DNA from: Promethearchaeia archaeon
Lineage (GTDB): Archaea > Asgardarchaeota > Lokiarchaeia > Sigyniarchaeales > SOKP01
Direction: 5' to 3'
DNA: 64,000 nucleotides
Assembly (NCBI GenBank): GCA_029856155.1
Contig: JAHQWL010000098.1
Location: 1 to 64,000 of the forward strand
Position numbers and translations under genes: made by a program. Position 1 is the first letter of the stretch. Each line of letters begins with the position of its first letter. Shown one piece after another: positions 10,685 to 19,927 of this stretch. The notes under the pieces were generated by a model, which did not search any database, was not told the origin of the DNA, and saw only the letters and a list, made by a program, of their open reading frames with translations.

Positions 10685-11365
10685 ATGGAGGATTTGAATA
10701 TATATTTACAACCAACAGAATTTTTTGATTTTAATAGAAAATCCGTGAGTAGAAAAGCTTTTGAAATTACTAACGGTCTAACTTCCGAAAAAGAAAAGGC
10801 TATTGCTCTTTTTTATTGGGTGAGAGACGAAATTAAATATAATATGTTAACTTATGTACCAAATGTACCGGCTAATTTTAGAGCGAGTGTAACCTTGCGA
10901 CGCAAGAATGGTTTTTGTATTTCAAAATCCATACTTTTATCCTCTTTTGCTAGAGCAATTGGAATTCCTGCTCGTATTCATTTAGTGGACCTAATTAATC
11001 ACTTAATTTCTCAAAAAGTAATTGATTTTATGGGCACTAATGTAATGTATGTACACGGTTACAGTGAATTCTACTTAAAAGGTAAATGGATAAAATTAAC
11101 ACCTTCTTTTGACCCGAAAACTGCAATCAAAGGAAAGTTCCTTCCAATGGTTGAATTTGATGGAGAACATGACGCGATTTTTCCTAAATTTGATAATGAA
11201 GGTAATCAATTCGGAGAATATATTGCTGATAGAGGTGTACATGCTGATTTACCGCTTGAAGATATTGATAAAGTTTTCGAAGAGAATTATCCTTCCTATG
11301 CTCTCTATAAAAAAGGATTTAATCCAAATCAAATAAAAGAAAAAACTTTAACATATAGGAAATAA
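10685..11365 (+). CDS. Transglutaminase-like domain protein
   Basis: LFYWVRDEIKY, GFCISKS (catalytic Cys), HGYSEFYL.GKWIK. Confidence 0.85.
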   Translation: MEDLNIYLQPTEFFDFNRKSVSRKAFEITNGLTSEKEKAIALFYWVRDEIKYNMLTYVPNVPANFRASVTLRRKNGFCISKSILLSSFARAIGIPARIHLVDLINHLISQKVIDFMGTNVMYVHGYSEFYLKGKWIKLTPSFDPKTAIKGKFLPMVEFDGEHDAIFPKFDNEGNQFGEYIADRGVHADLPLEDIDKVFEENYPSYALYKKGFNPNQIKEKTLTYRK

Positions 11366-11375
11366 ACCAATAAAT

Positions 11376-12293
11376 TTAACTAAAAGAACTTTCTTCTAAT
11401 CCTAATTCTTGTAAAAAGATTTTATATTTGCCTAATTTTCCACCATAATTTCCAGCAGAAATTTTTATTAAGCCATCTTTGTCTATAATCCCTTCAATTA
11501 CTTTTAACATTGTCTTTTTAATAGTATCAAGATCTAAAGCATTAAACACAATTTCAGGAATTGAATAAACTTCATCAGGGACCTTAAATTCTTCAATGGG
11601 TACTTTATTCTTTAATGTGGGGCAATATGGATGATTTGTTGTAGGGCCAATTTCGGGAAAATTTGTTTCTATTTTAGATCCTGCTGAACATACATCAAAT
11701 GTAGTACATACGTTATCAATTTCAGCTATGATTTTAACAGCTTCCCGTCCAACTTTTATACCTGAATCAACTGAATCACATAATAAGTATAAATTTCCAC
11801 CCATAACTCCTTTAGCATATGTAAGCTCTTGTTCTATTAAGAAATCATAGCCCATCATGAGTGGAATAGAAATCATATTTCGATTAAATTTAATTATAAT
11901 TTTCTCATAACCATCTCCACAATGACCCACATTATTCATAATATTAAATTTCATTTCAGCTTTATATGGATAATAATCAAAAACAGCTGTAGTTGGAACT
12001 ACTAAAATACCTTGTCTCATTCGCCTACCTAATTGGTCGTAAAACTTAGTACTAGCATTTTTACTCGTGCCAGTAACCCATAATTGTACAATTGCACCCA
12101 ATCTACCATCAATAGTCTCACTTTCAGAAAGCCACCTAACAATACCTCCTTCAGCGTCCCCAAATACTGTTGATGGTAAAGCAGTAAATGCATTAGCCGC
12201 TCTATTTAAAAACTCAGCATCTTGAGCAGTTACCAAAAGTTGACAACATAACCCCTCAAAAGCTTCACAATAGGTATCATCTACAATAGCCAT
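11376..12293 (-). CDS. ftr: Formylmethanofuran--tetrahydromethanopterin N-formyltransferase
   Basis: DDTYCEAF, GDGYE, GVMGGN, SAGSK, TTNHPYCPTL, ISAGNYGGKLG. Confidence 0.92.
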   Translation of the reverse strand: MAIVDDTYCEAFEGLCCQLLVTAQDAEFLNRAANAFTALPSTVFGDAEGGIVRWLSESETIDGRLGAIVQLWVTGTSKNASTKFYDQLGRRMRQGILVVPTTAVFDYYPYKAEMKFNIMNNVGHCGDGYEKIIIKFNRNMISIPLMMGYDFLIEQELTYAKGVMGGNLYLLCDSVDSGIKVGREAVKIIAEIDNVCTTFDVCSAGSKIETNFPEIGPTTNHPYCPTLKNKVPIEEFKVPDEVYSIPEIVFNALDLDTIKKTMLKVIEGIIDKDGLIKISAGNYGGKLGKYKIFLQELGLEESSFS

Positions 12294-12411
12294 AGTATTT
12301 TCACATTCATTTCTCTACTCAAAAGATAAATACTTAGGTTTAACATTATTACTTATTAAGTCTAAAAAATATAATTAATTACTAAAATTAAACTATCAAG
12401 GATTTGATAAA

Positions 12412-13335
12412 ATGCCAAGAGCAATAGTTTTATACGAAATTGACAAGTCTTTCGGACCAAACATATTAGCTGAATATTATTTAAATCAAGATGATAAAAT
12501 TCCACAAACAGTACTAAAGGAATTTTCTGAAAAACTTGGTAAGAAAGAATTAGCAAATATAACTGTCCGAAAAGATAATAACCGATATTATTCTAGCAAA
12601 ATTAACGCTGAATCTATTAATAAAGATAATCTTTATATTAGCTTTATCTTAGAAGAGGGAGAAGATCTGGTCTCATTAAAAAGTTTTTTTGAAAATATTG
12701 AGGATAAAATTGTTGAAAATTTTTCAAGTGATAAGAAAAAGATCAATTTATTCCTGCAAGGTGCTTTAAATTCAATTTTGAGTTTAATCCAGAAATTAAA
12801 AGAACCTAAAATTATAAAAGAAACTATCAATGAGAGAACTAAAAAAATGCTTGATGATGGTAAACTTACTGAAGCACGAGAATTAATAGATCTAGGAGAA
12901 GAGATTCCTAAAAAACTTGCGGCTGAGGTAAAGCTTGCTGAACAGTTCTTAATTGATAAATTTTATAGAAAAGCAAAAAAGAGTTTTTTAAAAGCAGCCG
13001 AATTAGCTCTATTAGTACAAGAAGATGAAATTGCTGCATTCTTAGAACATAAAGGAGAACAGGTAGGATTGTTTCCTGATTTAATAAAAGAAAGCGATAA
13101 TTTACATAAAGAAATTATGAAAATTTCTAATGATTTAGGTAAGATTGGATTAAATTTTTATAATAACTACATTGAACCAATAGATAGATTGGTTGAAATT
13201 TCACATATTTTTGAAGATCATGAACATATTGAAGTTTTAACAAAATTAAAAAACGATACTCAAAGAGCTTCTCGATTAGCGAAAGAGATAAACGATGTAG
13301 ATGAAAAAATAAGAGAACTTATAAAAAAAATTTAA
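12412..13335 (+). CDS. uDENN/longin-like N-terminal domain + helical (TPR-like/coiled-coil) protein
   Basis: N-terminal 'LYEIDKSFGPNILAEY'; helical C-terminal half. Confidence 0.55.
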   Translation: MPRAIVLYEIDKSFGPNILAEYYLNQDDKIPQTVLKEFSEKLGKKELANITVRKDNNRYYSSKINAESINKDNLYISFILEEGEDLVSLKSFFENIEDKIVENFSSDKKKINLFLQGALNSILSLIQKLKEPKIIKETINERTKKMLDDGKLTEARELIDLGEEIPKKLAAEVKLAEQFLIDKFYRKAKKSFLKAAELALLVQEDEIAAFLEHKGEQVGLFPDLIKESDNLHKEIMKISNDLGKIGLNFYNNYIEPIDRLVEISHIFEDHEHIEVLTKLKNDTQRASRLAKEINDVDEKIRELIKKI

Positions 13336-13345
13336 AATTTTAAAA

Positions 13346-15136
13346 TCAATTAAATGTTTCTTCTTCAGATGGAGTTTCTTCAACTGGAGGCTGATATTCT
13401 CCAATATCCTTGAAAATTATTTTACAAATATCCCAACCTTTTTCTGTTGGATATTTTAACGCATTTGCAACCAACTTTTCTCCAATTTCATTATCTAACT
13501 CCACTTTAAAAATCTCTGGTGTATTATTCAACATTGACTCGAATTTTGCTCCACTGCTACCAGTAGGAACGATTAAGATTCCAAAATCAATTGCTTTTAC
13601 ACTAATAGCATCTTTTAATCGTTTAGCAGCATAATACCCTGCTACTCCTGCACTTCTATCAAATGTTTTAATCGATGGAATCTCAAGTCCATATTTTTTA
13701 CCTTCTGTTTCGATTAAAGCTGCTAATGTTTGTCCTCTTTTTCCAAGCATATATTTAAATTCCATCTGAGTCTTGAATTTTTTGCTTTTTTCTTCTCCTA
13801 CCATATTTATATACTTTAAAGTAGCTCCCGCAACGGATTGAGGATTTACATCAATGGAATATTCTTCTTCTGCTAAAATATCTTCAATTGTCTTCTTAAT
13901 AACTTCACGTGGCTTGGAAAAATCAATTACTTCTTCTTCTTCAATTTCTGCTTTAGGTTTTGCTGTTGCAACTATATCCGCCCCAATTTCCAATAATTCA
14001 TCAACCGTCATTTCTTCCATAACCACCTTATCTATAAACCTTCGGCAAAGTTTAATAGAGTTCCTTGGATTTCCTTGTGTCTTCTCAAATATCATTTCAA
14101 TTAATTTCTCATTCAATGGAAATAATGGATATAAAGGGGGGTTTAGATTATTATCTTCCCAGAATGCTTCCATAGATTTTGAGAAATATATTTTTAAATC
14201 ATTTAGACTAAATGGTTTTAATTCTTGTTCTGGTTCCATTCTTGATCTGAGTGGAGCATCTGCAATCTCTATGATTCTAGGCCAAATTTCTTTTAAAACC
14301 GCAATTGTAATAACTAATCCTTTGACTTCATTGTATAATCTCTTCAGAATCTCTAAAAACTTTCTTTCAGCAGCTTCTCCTAACATACGATAGGGTGATT
14401 CAAGTTCATCAAAATAAAGGATAAGAACTTTATCTAAATTCTCTGTTATGATTTTAATCATTGCAAGGCAAACATCATCCTCCTCTACAACAGAGTTTAT
14501 TCCCAATTCACTTAACTCCTCATCTTCTAAATCCTCACCAAGAAGCCATCTTTCTGCAAGTGCTTTTTTGCTTTTATCTAACTGATAAGTTACTAAAGCC
14601 TTGACACAATCTGCAAACACTCCCGGGAATTCTCTAATTCCTTGTTGAATGACTTCTTCAATTTTAGGTTTTTGGAAAATTCCCTTTTTCATTCCACCCC
14701 ATCTTCTCATTAATTTCTCAGAAACAATATCAAGTAATTCTGCACCAAGCTCCTCAATTATACAGGTATAAACATGGAGTAAAACGCGAATACTTGCTGG
14801 AGGACTTGGAACATAAACAATAGTCCAATCAGTAGACGTAGCAAATTTACTTGCATCAATTTCTTCTGATTCTCCTTCTCCTTCAAGTTTTTTTCTATTT
14901 TCTCTTTCTTTATCCTTAAAAGAATGATAAGCATGTGTTTTACCAGTACCGGCTGATCCTAATATAGGAATTAATCTACTTGATCTATCCCTATAAGTTT
15001 GTTGTACCAGTCTATATACTTCTCGATCAATATAACTTCGAGGTCTTGATATATCAACTTTATCTGGTATGTCCCCTCTCGATACAAAATTTGAAAAGGG
15101 TAAGATTGGACTCTCGCGTAACACGTCAAGATACAT
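13346..15136 (-). CDS. P-loop AAA+ ATPase of unknown function
   Basis: Walker A GSAGTGKT, Walker B LILYFDE, sensor-2-like GNPR. Confidence 0.8.
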   Translation of the reverse strand: MYLDVLRESPILPFSNFVSRGDIPDKVDISRPRSYIDREVYRLVQQTYRDRSSRLIPILGSAGTGKTHAYHSFKDKERENRKKLEGEGESEEIDASKFATSTDWTIVYVPSPPASIRVLLHVYTCIIEELGAELLDIVSEKLMRRWGGMKKGIFQKPKIEEVIQQGIREFPGVFADCVKALVTYQLDKSKKALAERWLLGEDLEDEELSELGINSVVEEDDVCLAMIKIITENLDKVLILYFDELESPYRMLGEAAERKFLEILKRLYNEVKGLVITIAVLKEIWPRIIEIADAPLRSRMEPEQELKPFSLNDLKIYFSKSMEAFWEDNNLNPPLYPLFPLNEKLIEMIFEKTQGNPRNSIKLCRRFIDKVVMEEMTVDELLEIGADIVATAKPKAEIEEEEVIDFSKPREVIKKTIEDILAEEEYSIDVNPQSVAGATLKYINMVGEEKSKKFKTQMEFKYMLGKRGQTLAALIETEGKKYGLEIPSIKTFDRSAGVAGYYAAKRLKDAISVKAIDFGILIVPTGSSGAKFESMLNNTPEIFKVELDNEIGEKLVANALKYPTEKGWDICKIIFKDIGEYQPPVEETPSEEETFN

Positions 15137-15358
15137 CTCCTTATCATCATCTGAAAGTTCAGAATAAATTTTAATCTCCTCTCCGTTTTTTAGTTTTAAA
15201 TAATATAGTTTTTATGTAGAATAAATTTATTAATCCAAACAATTTTTTCTAGAATATAAGCTAATTAGTTTTTAGCTATTATAATATTTAATTAATAATT
15301 TTGCCTATTAAATTTAATTGATATTAATACGTCATATACCTTTTAGAGGGTAGCAAGT

Positions 15359-16030
15359 ATGCCAAAAAAAAATAGAGATAAAGATGAGGATGAGGATGAA
15401 GATGAAGAAAAAAAGGATCCCTTTGATTTTTTTAGATTCTTTGAGGACCCAAATAAGTTTTTCAGTGATCCAAATAAATTCTTGATAGATCCAAACAAAC
15501 TATTTCAATCTAAAAATTTTCGACACATGTTCAAAGAAATATTTGAGAAAATCATGGAAAATTTACCATCAGAATTTCAAAACCTATCCCCCGAAGATAT
15601 CATGAGAGAATTTAATAAGAATAAATCCAGATTTGGTTTTCCAATTACTTATGGGTTTAATATTAACATTGGTAAAGATGGTAAACCAACTATAGATTCT
15701 TTTGGGAATGTTAAAGCAAAACCTTATTCAGGAGATCCAGAAGTTAAAAATGTTAGAGAACCAATGACAGAAGTTAATGAACAAGGTGACCAGATAATAA
15801 TTATATGCGAAATGCCTGGTATTACGAGAGATGAGATTGAATTAAAAGCAACTACTCATTCATTAACAATAACCACGAAATCTAAAGATAAGGGTAGGAA
15901 CTATTATAAAGAGGTTGAGTTACCTTCAGCAATCAATTCAGATTATGCACGAGCTAGATATACAAATGGAATATTGGAAGTAAAATTGAAAAAAATTGAT
16001 GAAAAACAAACTGATATCAAGATTGATTAA
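15359..16030 (+). CDS. hsp20: Archaeal small heat shock protein Hsp20
   Basis: YGFNINIGKDGKP..FGNV, REPMTEV, EMPGI, YTNGILEVKL, C-terminal IxI. Confidence 0.9.
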   Translation: MPKKNRDKDEDEDEDEEKKDPFDFFRFFEDPNKFFSDPNKFLIDPNKLFQSKNFRHMFKEIFEKIMENLPSEFQNLSPEDIMREFNKNKSRFGFPITYGFNINIGKDGKPTIDSFGNVKAKPYSGDPEVKNVREPMTEVNEQGDQIIIICEMPGITRDEIELKATTHSLTITTKSKDKGRNYYKEVELPSAINSDYARARYTNGILEVKLKKIDEKQTDIKID

Positions 16031-16178
16031 ATTTGCCTTTTATAATATAATCTTTCATTATCTAATTGAGTTCTATTTTTAAAAATTGTTTAAATCAATC
16101 TTAATAATTTTATACAAATCTTTATTAATTTCCTTAACACATAAAATCTTAATCAATTTTAAATTGGTTGGAAAAAAA

Positions 16179-17192
16179 ATGTCTGAAAAAACAGAATTTT
16201 TATCAAAAAGAGCTTTATTGGTTATTGGAATTACATTTTTAGCGATATTAATTGTTGGTTTAATTTTATTGGCTACCGGACTAAACTTAGCCTTTTATGC
16301 AGAGAGTTCTACTGTAAGAGCTATATTTAAAGCAATAACTTATCTTGGTGAACCTGTTGTATTTATAATAGTCATAGCAATATTGTATATGGCTTACAAT
16401 AAGAAATTTGCTAAAAATTTAGCTGTTGTTTTATTATTCTCTCATTACCTTAATCAATTGTGCAAATCAATATTTCAGGATCCTCGACCATCAACAAATG
16501 TTGGTGATGAGTATGGTTTTGATGATCCATCATATGGATTTCCTTCCGGACATACGCAAAACTCAACTGTTCTTTGGGGATATTCAGCTAAAGAATTTAA
16601 GGATAAATATAAATATAATAATGTTCCAATTATTCCAATCATTCTTTCAGTTATAATATTCCTTGTTGCAATTTCAAGAATAATCATCGGAGTACACGAT
16701 CTTCAAGATATAATTGGAGGATCCTTAATTGGTATTGGAGTCTTGTTATTATTAATATACACAGAACCATTTTTCTCAGAGCAATTCAGCAAGTTAAATT
16801 TTATTGCAAAGATAGTTTTAACAGCCGCTGTCGCTATTATATTATTTATTATTGGAACTATATTATTTCCCAATGCTGGCGTGGGATTAGTTGTACCGCC
16901 TGTCCTTTATGTTGATGATGGTGCTTATGCTCAAATAGGAGGCGCACTATTAGGTTTTGGTATAGGATATCTATTGGAGCAAAAATATGTTAAATATGAT
17001 CCCTCACAACTAACAAACAAAAAGAAAGTAATAAATATTGTAATAACTATAGTTGTTTTGCTAGTCGTATTCGTACCATTTGAATATGTTTTAACAATTA
17101 ATAGTGTTTATTATCGATTTGCCAGATATGCATTTGCTACATTTATATTAGGGTATGTAGTTCCTTTAATTTGCACAAAAATCAATAAATAA
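16179..17192 (+). CDS. PAP2 family membrane phosphatase
   Basis: K....DPRP, FPSGH, SRIIIGVHDLQD; start moved to ATG 16179. Confidence 0.9.
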   Translation: MSEKTEFLSKRALLVIGITFLAILIVGLILLATGLNLAFYAESSTVRAIFKAITYLGEPVVFIIVIAILYMAYNKKFAKNLAVVLLFSHYLNQLCKSIFQDPRPSTNVGDEYGFDDPSYGFPSGHTQNSTVLWGYSAKEFKDKYKYNNVPIIPIILSVIIFLVAISRIIIGVHDLQDIIGGSLIGIGVLLLLIYTEPFFSEQFSKLNFIAKIVLTAAVAIILFIIGTILFPNAGVGLVVPPVLYVDDGAYAQIGGALLGFGIGYLLEQKYVKYDPSQLTNKKKVINIVITIVVLLVVFVPFEYVLTINSVYYRFARYAFATFILGYVVPLICTKINK

Positions 17193-17245
17193 TTTTAATT
17201 CTTTTTTTTTCATTTTATTTAAAATTGAATAAAAAAAATCAAAAT

Positions 17246-17404
17246 TTACACAGCTATTTTTACCCCTCTCCGGGCTACTTCTTTTAGAAGAAGGCGATTT
17301 ACAAATTGTTTGTCGCTTTTGCTAACCTCATTGTGAGGAGTTATTATCTCGTTAATATAAATATCATCCCGTTGAGGATGAGGCATTACTTGTTCGAGGT
17401 GCAT
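17246..17404 (-). other. Stand-alone small transcript: 52-aa leaderless ORF and/or structured ncRNA
   Basis: ATG 17404 to TAA 17246; BRE/TATA at 17429-17443; several short hairpins; T-tract downstream. Confidence 0.45.
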
Positions 17405-17428
17405 CTTAATTAAGTGAAAAAAAAGTGA

Positions 17429-17443
17429 TTTATAAAATTTCCT
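17429..17443 (-). promoter_or_regulatory. Archaeal BRE+TATA box
   Basis: Minus strand AGGAAA-TTTTATAAA ending ~24 nt upstream of ATG 17404. Confidence 0.5.
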
Positions 17444-17481
17444 ATTTATTATCTGAATAAAAAGAAAAATAATCCATATAT

Positions 17482-18459
17482 TTAAATTCCATTAAGTTTA
17501 AATTTATAAATCGCAATTTCCATATTTTGTACAAATTCTCGACTTATTTCATGACCTTTAGTAAAAATTTTATCAAATTTAAATCCTGCTCTATTCTTAT
17601 GTCCTCCACCTTTATACGTTCTCGCTAATTCCCGGCAATTAACATAATCACTATGTATAATTATTTCGTTATATCGAAAGTCAATCCCGATATAACATTT
17701 TATCTCTGTAAAGTGATCCTTTAATACAGATACTATTTTTCCCCCACCAAGTGTGGCAAAAGAAATTAAAATTTTGCCAAAATCTTTAATTTCTATTATT
17801 TTTACATGATTTAAGGCAAATTCGGTTTGTTTATTTTCCCATTGTTTTACTTTCACTAATTCTTCATCAAACCAAGGGTCTTCAAACTTTCCAACAGACA
17901 TTAAATCAACAATTTTTTTCTTAACATCATCTAATTCATATCCTCTGTTGTAAGCAATAATTGATTGAAGATTGGATGCAACTTCATACTTTTTTGTTTG
18001 GAAATCTATATCTCTAGAAAATTTAGCAATCTTATTAGCAACAAAATCATCTGGTAAATAATGATCTTTAATAATTTCGGCGGTACATCTCTTTGGATCA
18101 TTGAGATAAAGTTTAATTAATTTTTGAAGTTCTTCTTCATTGTTTTTATCTATTATGTGATGATCAAACCAAAGTATTTCACAATAGTTGTCTTCCGCCT
18201 TACTAAATAGAGAGAATAATTCTCTGAAATCATCGTTAAAACCAATATCAGAAATAATAAATTGTCCTTGTTGCAAAGGAACGTTATTAATTATTTGTTT
18301 TACAATAGTTATGAAATTTGTATAATGAGCATAATATAATTTCATTTCTTGAGCTTTTTCTTTATTAGAATGAGTGAAACATCTTTTAATAATTGCTTGT
18401 GAACCTAATCCATCAAGATCTAATTCATGAGTAATAGAAACAATCATTTTTTCTAACAT
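17482..18459 (-). CDS. DHH family phosphoesterase (DHH/DHHA1)
   Basis: THELDLDG, ISD, WFDHH, GGGHKNRAGF. Confidence 0.88.
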   Translation of the reverse strand: MLEKMIVSITHELDLDGLGSQAIIKRCFTHSNKEKAQEMKLYYAHYTNFITIVKQIINNVPLQQGQFIISDIGFNDDFRELFSLFSKAEDNYCEILWFDHHIIDKNNEEELQKLIKLYLNDPKRCTAEIIKDHYLPDDFVANKIAKFSRDIDFQTKKYEVASNLQSIIAYNRGYELDDVKKKIVDLMSVGKFEDPWFDEELVKVKQWENKQTEFALNHVKIIEIKDFGKILISFATLGGGKIVSVLKDHFTEIKCYIGIDFRYNEIIIHSDYVNCRELARTYKGGGHKNRAGFKFDKIFTKGHEISREFVQNMEIAIYKFKLNGI

Positions 18460-18504
18460 GTTTAAAATAGTAATTTATAATATATTTTTAGAACAAAATA
18501 TTTT

Positions 18505-18957
18505 TTAAAATAAGTCTAATAATGATTTAACTTTTTCTCTTCCTTCGATATTCCCAATACACTCTAGAATTCTTTTGGATAATTCCTTTTTCTTTTTAAA
18601 ATAAATTTTCATTATATCTTCTAAAGATTTATGAGGATATCTTTCTACTAACGCGAGATCTCTTCTTGAACACCCACTTTGGCGCATACAACAATAAGAA
18701 AGTGAACCAAAACATACAATTTCAGAATCCCAGTTATTTTCTTTCGAGAATTCGTCCTTAATTCGGATAAATTCGTCAGTTCCAAGACCTATCTCATTTA
18801 ATTTTTCATCTCTTCTGCACTTTAACCCAAATGTAAGAGAATAACCCGGTTTACAACAAAATGTTAAAGCACGATAGTCCCCTCCCATACATATTGGTAC
18901 AGGGGCATTATTTTCCCATCCTGGAAGGTTCCTAATTTTATCTTCTTCTAACTTCAA
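18505..18957 (-). CDS. Methanogenesis marker 9-like Cys-rich domain protein
   Basis: WENNAPVPICMGGDYRALTFCCKPG and CFGSLSYCC; start moved to TTG 18957 because the ORF-track N-terminus overlaps the tRNA. Confidence 0.7.
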   Translation of the reverse strand: MKLEEDKIRNLPGWENNAPVPICMGGDYRALTFCCKPGYSLTFGLKCRRDEKLNEIGLGTDEFIRIKDEFSKENNWDSEIVCFGSLSYCCMRQSGCSRRDLALVERYPHKSLEDIMKIYFKKKKELSKRILECIGNIEGREKVKSLLDLF

Positions 18958-19024
18958 ATTATTCTCAAATAGCCTAATTTTTAATAATCCTATATAAATA
19001 TAATAAGAGGGCTCGGTACGGGAA

Positions 19025-19054
19025 TTATTCCGAAAAGAATATGTTTCTTTCCGT
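19025..19054 (-). other. tRNA intron 2 (30 nt, position 58/59, T loop)
   Basis: Central helix GUUC/GAAU, bulges AA^A and AA^U, 9-bp inner helix CGGAAAGAA/UUCUUUUCG. Confidence 0.87.
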
Positions 19055-19066
19055 TTGAACCCGTCT

Positions 19067-19096
19067 GTCCCCGGTTGTAAGGATATTTTCAAACCT
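19067..19096 (-). other. tRNA intron 1 (30 nt, position 45/46, variable loop)
   Basis: Central helix CCCU/GGGG, bulges AG^A and AC^A, inner helix GGUU/AACC. Confidence 0.85.
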
Positions 19097-19199
19097 CTAG
19101 GGATTCACAGTCCCCAATACTAACCACTATACGAACCGAGCCATAGTTTTTTTTTAATTATAAATCTAAATGTTTACTTATAAAAAAATTTAATTATCC

Positions 19200-19772
19200 C
19201 TATTGTTTTTTACTTACTATAGAAATTATATAGTTTAGACATTGATTAATTGCATCATCCAGTTTTCCAGAATTATCAATAATTAAATCTGCTTCTGGAA
19301 ATAATTGATAACCTTTTGCTCGTTCTATTCTTTCTTCTAATAATTCTGATCTTTCCCTTCCTCGAACTTTTAAACGTTTTATGGTTGTTTCAAGAGGTAC
19401 ATATATGAAAACTATTTTAAGATTCTTATAAATTTCTCGTGTTTTTTTCAAAATTGACCGACTTACATTAATAATAACGGGGTGTCCATCTTTAAGAAAA
19501 TCCTCAATTTTTATAGGAATTCCATAGGATAAACCATAAATTTGCCATTTAAATGCAAACATTCCTTTTTTATCCATTTTTTTGAAATCTTCTGGAGATA
19601 TCGAAAAATTTTTTTCAGTTTCGGAAGGTGGTCGAGTAATGAATCTTTTTGGTGCATAAATCTGTTTCAAATAAGGCGGATAAGCTTTAATAACACCTGA
19701 AATTATTGAATCCTTACCAGAACCAGAGTTTCCTACAATTAAAAATAATGTACCTAGGAAATTTTTTATCAT
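19200..19772 (-). CDS. phnN: Ribose 1,5-bisphosphokinase PhnN-like (guanylate kinase fold)
   Basis: VGNSGSGKDS, RFITRP, FAFKWQIYGLSYGIP, NVSR, RGRE, IDNSG. Confidence 0.75.
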   Translation of the reverse strand: MIKNFLGTLFLIVGNSGSGKDSIISGVIKAYPPYLKQIYAPKRFITRPPSETEKNFSISPEDFKKMDKKGMFAFKWQIYGLSYGIPIKIEDFLKDGHPVIINVSRSILKKTREIYKNLKIVFIYVPLETTIKRLKVRGRERSELLEERIERAKGYQLFPEADLIIDNSGKLDDAINQCLNYIISIVSKKQ

Positions 19773-19927
19773 TTACTTATTGGAAATAATAAAATAATAA
19801 AATTAAATCCATCTAAAAAACAATTAAAATATAAAGATCATAAAGACTTATAAGATTGATTTATGTTAACAATCTTGAAAAAAATATAATAAGTTTAAAA
19901 TAAAAAAATAAATATTTGCCTTTAGAA

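Larger units (their letters stand above)
19010..19142 (-). tRNA. tRNA-His(GUG) with encoded G-1 and two non-canonical introns
   Basis: After removing 19067-19096 and 19025-19054: acceptor GCTCGGT/ACCGAGC, D loop AGTGGTTA, anticodon arm GGGGA-CTGTGAA-TCCCT (GTG at 19108-19106), T arm ACGGG-TTCAATT-CCCGT, discriminator C; 73 nt; CCA not encoded. Confidence 0.93.

Noticed and set aside
18958-19092. N-terminal extension of ORF 18505..19092
   Set aside because: Overlaps tRNA-His and its introns; spurious.
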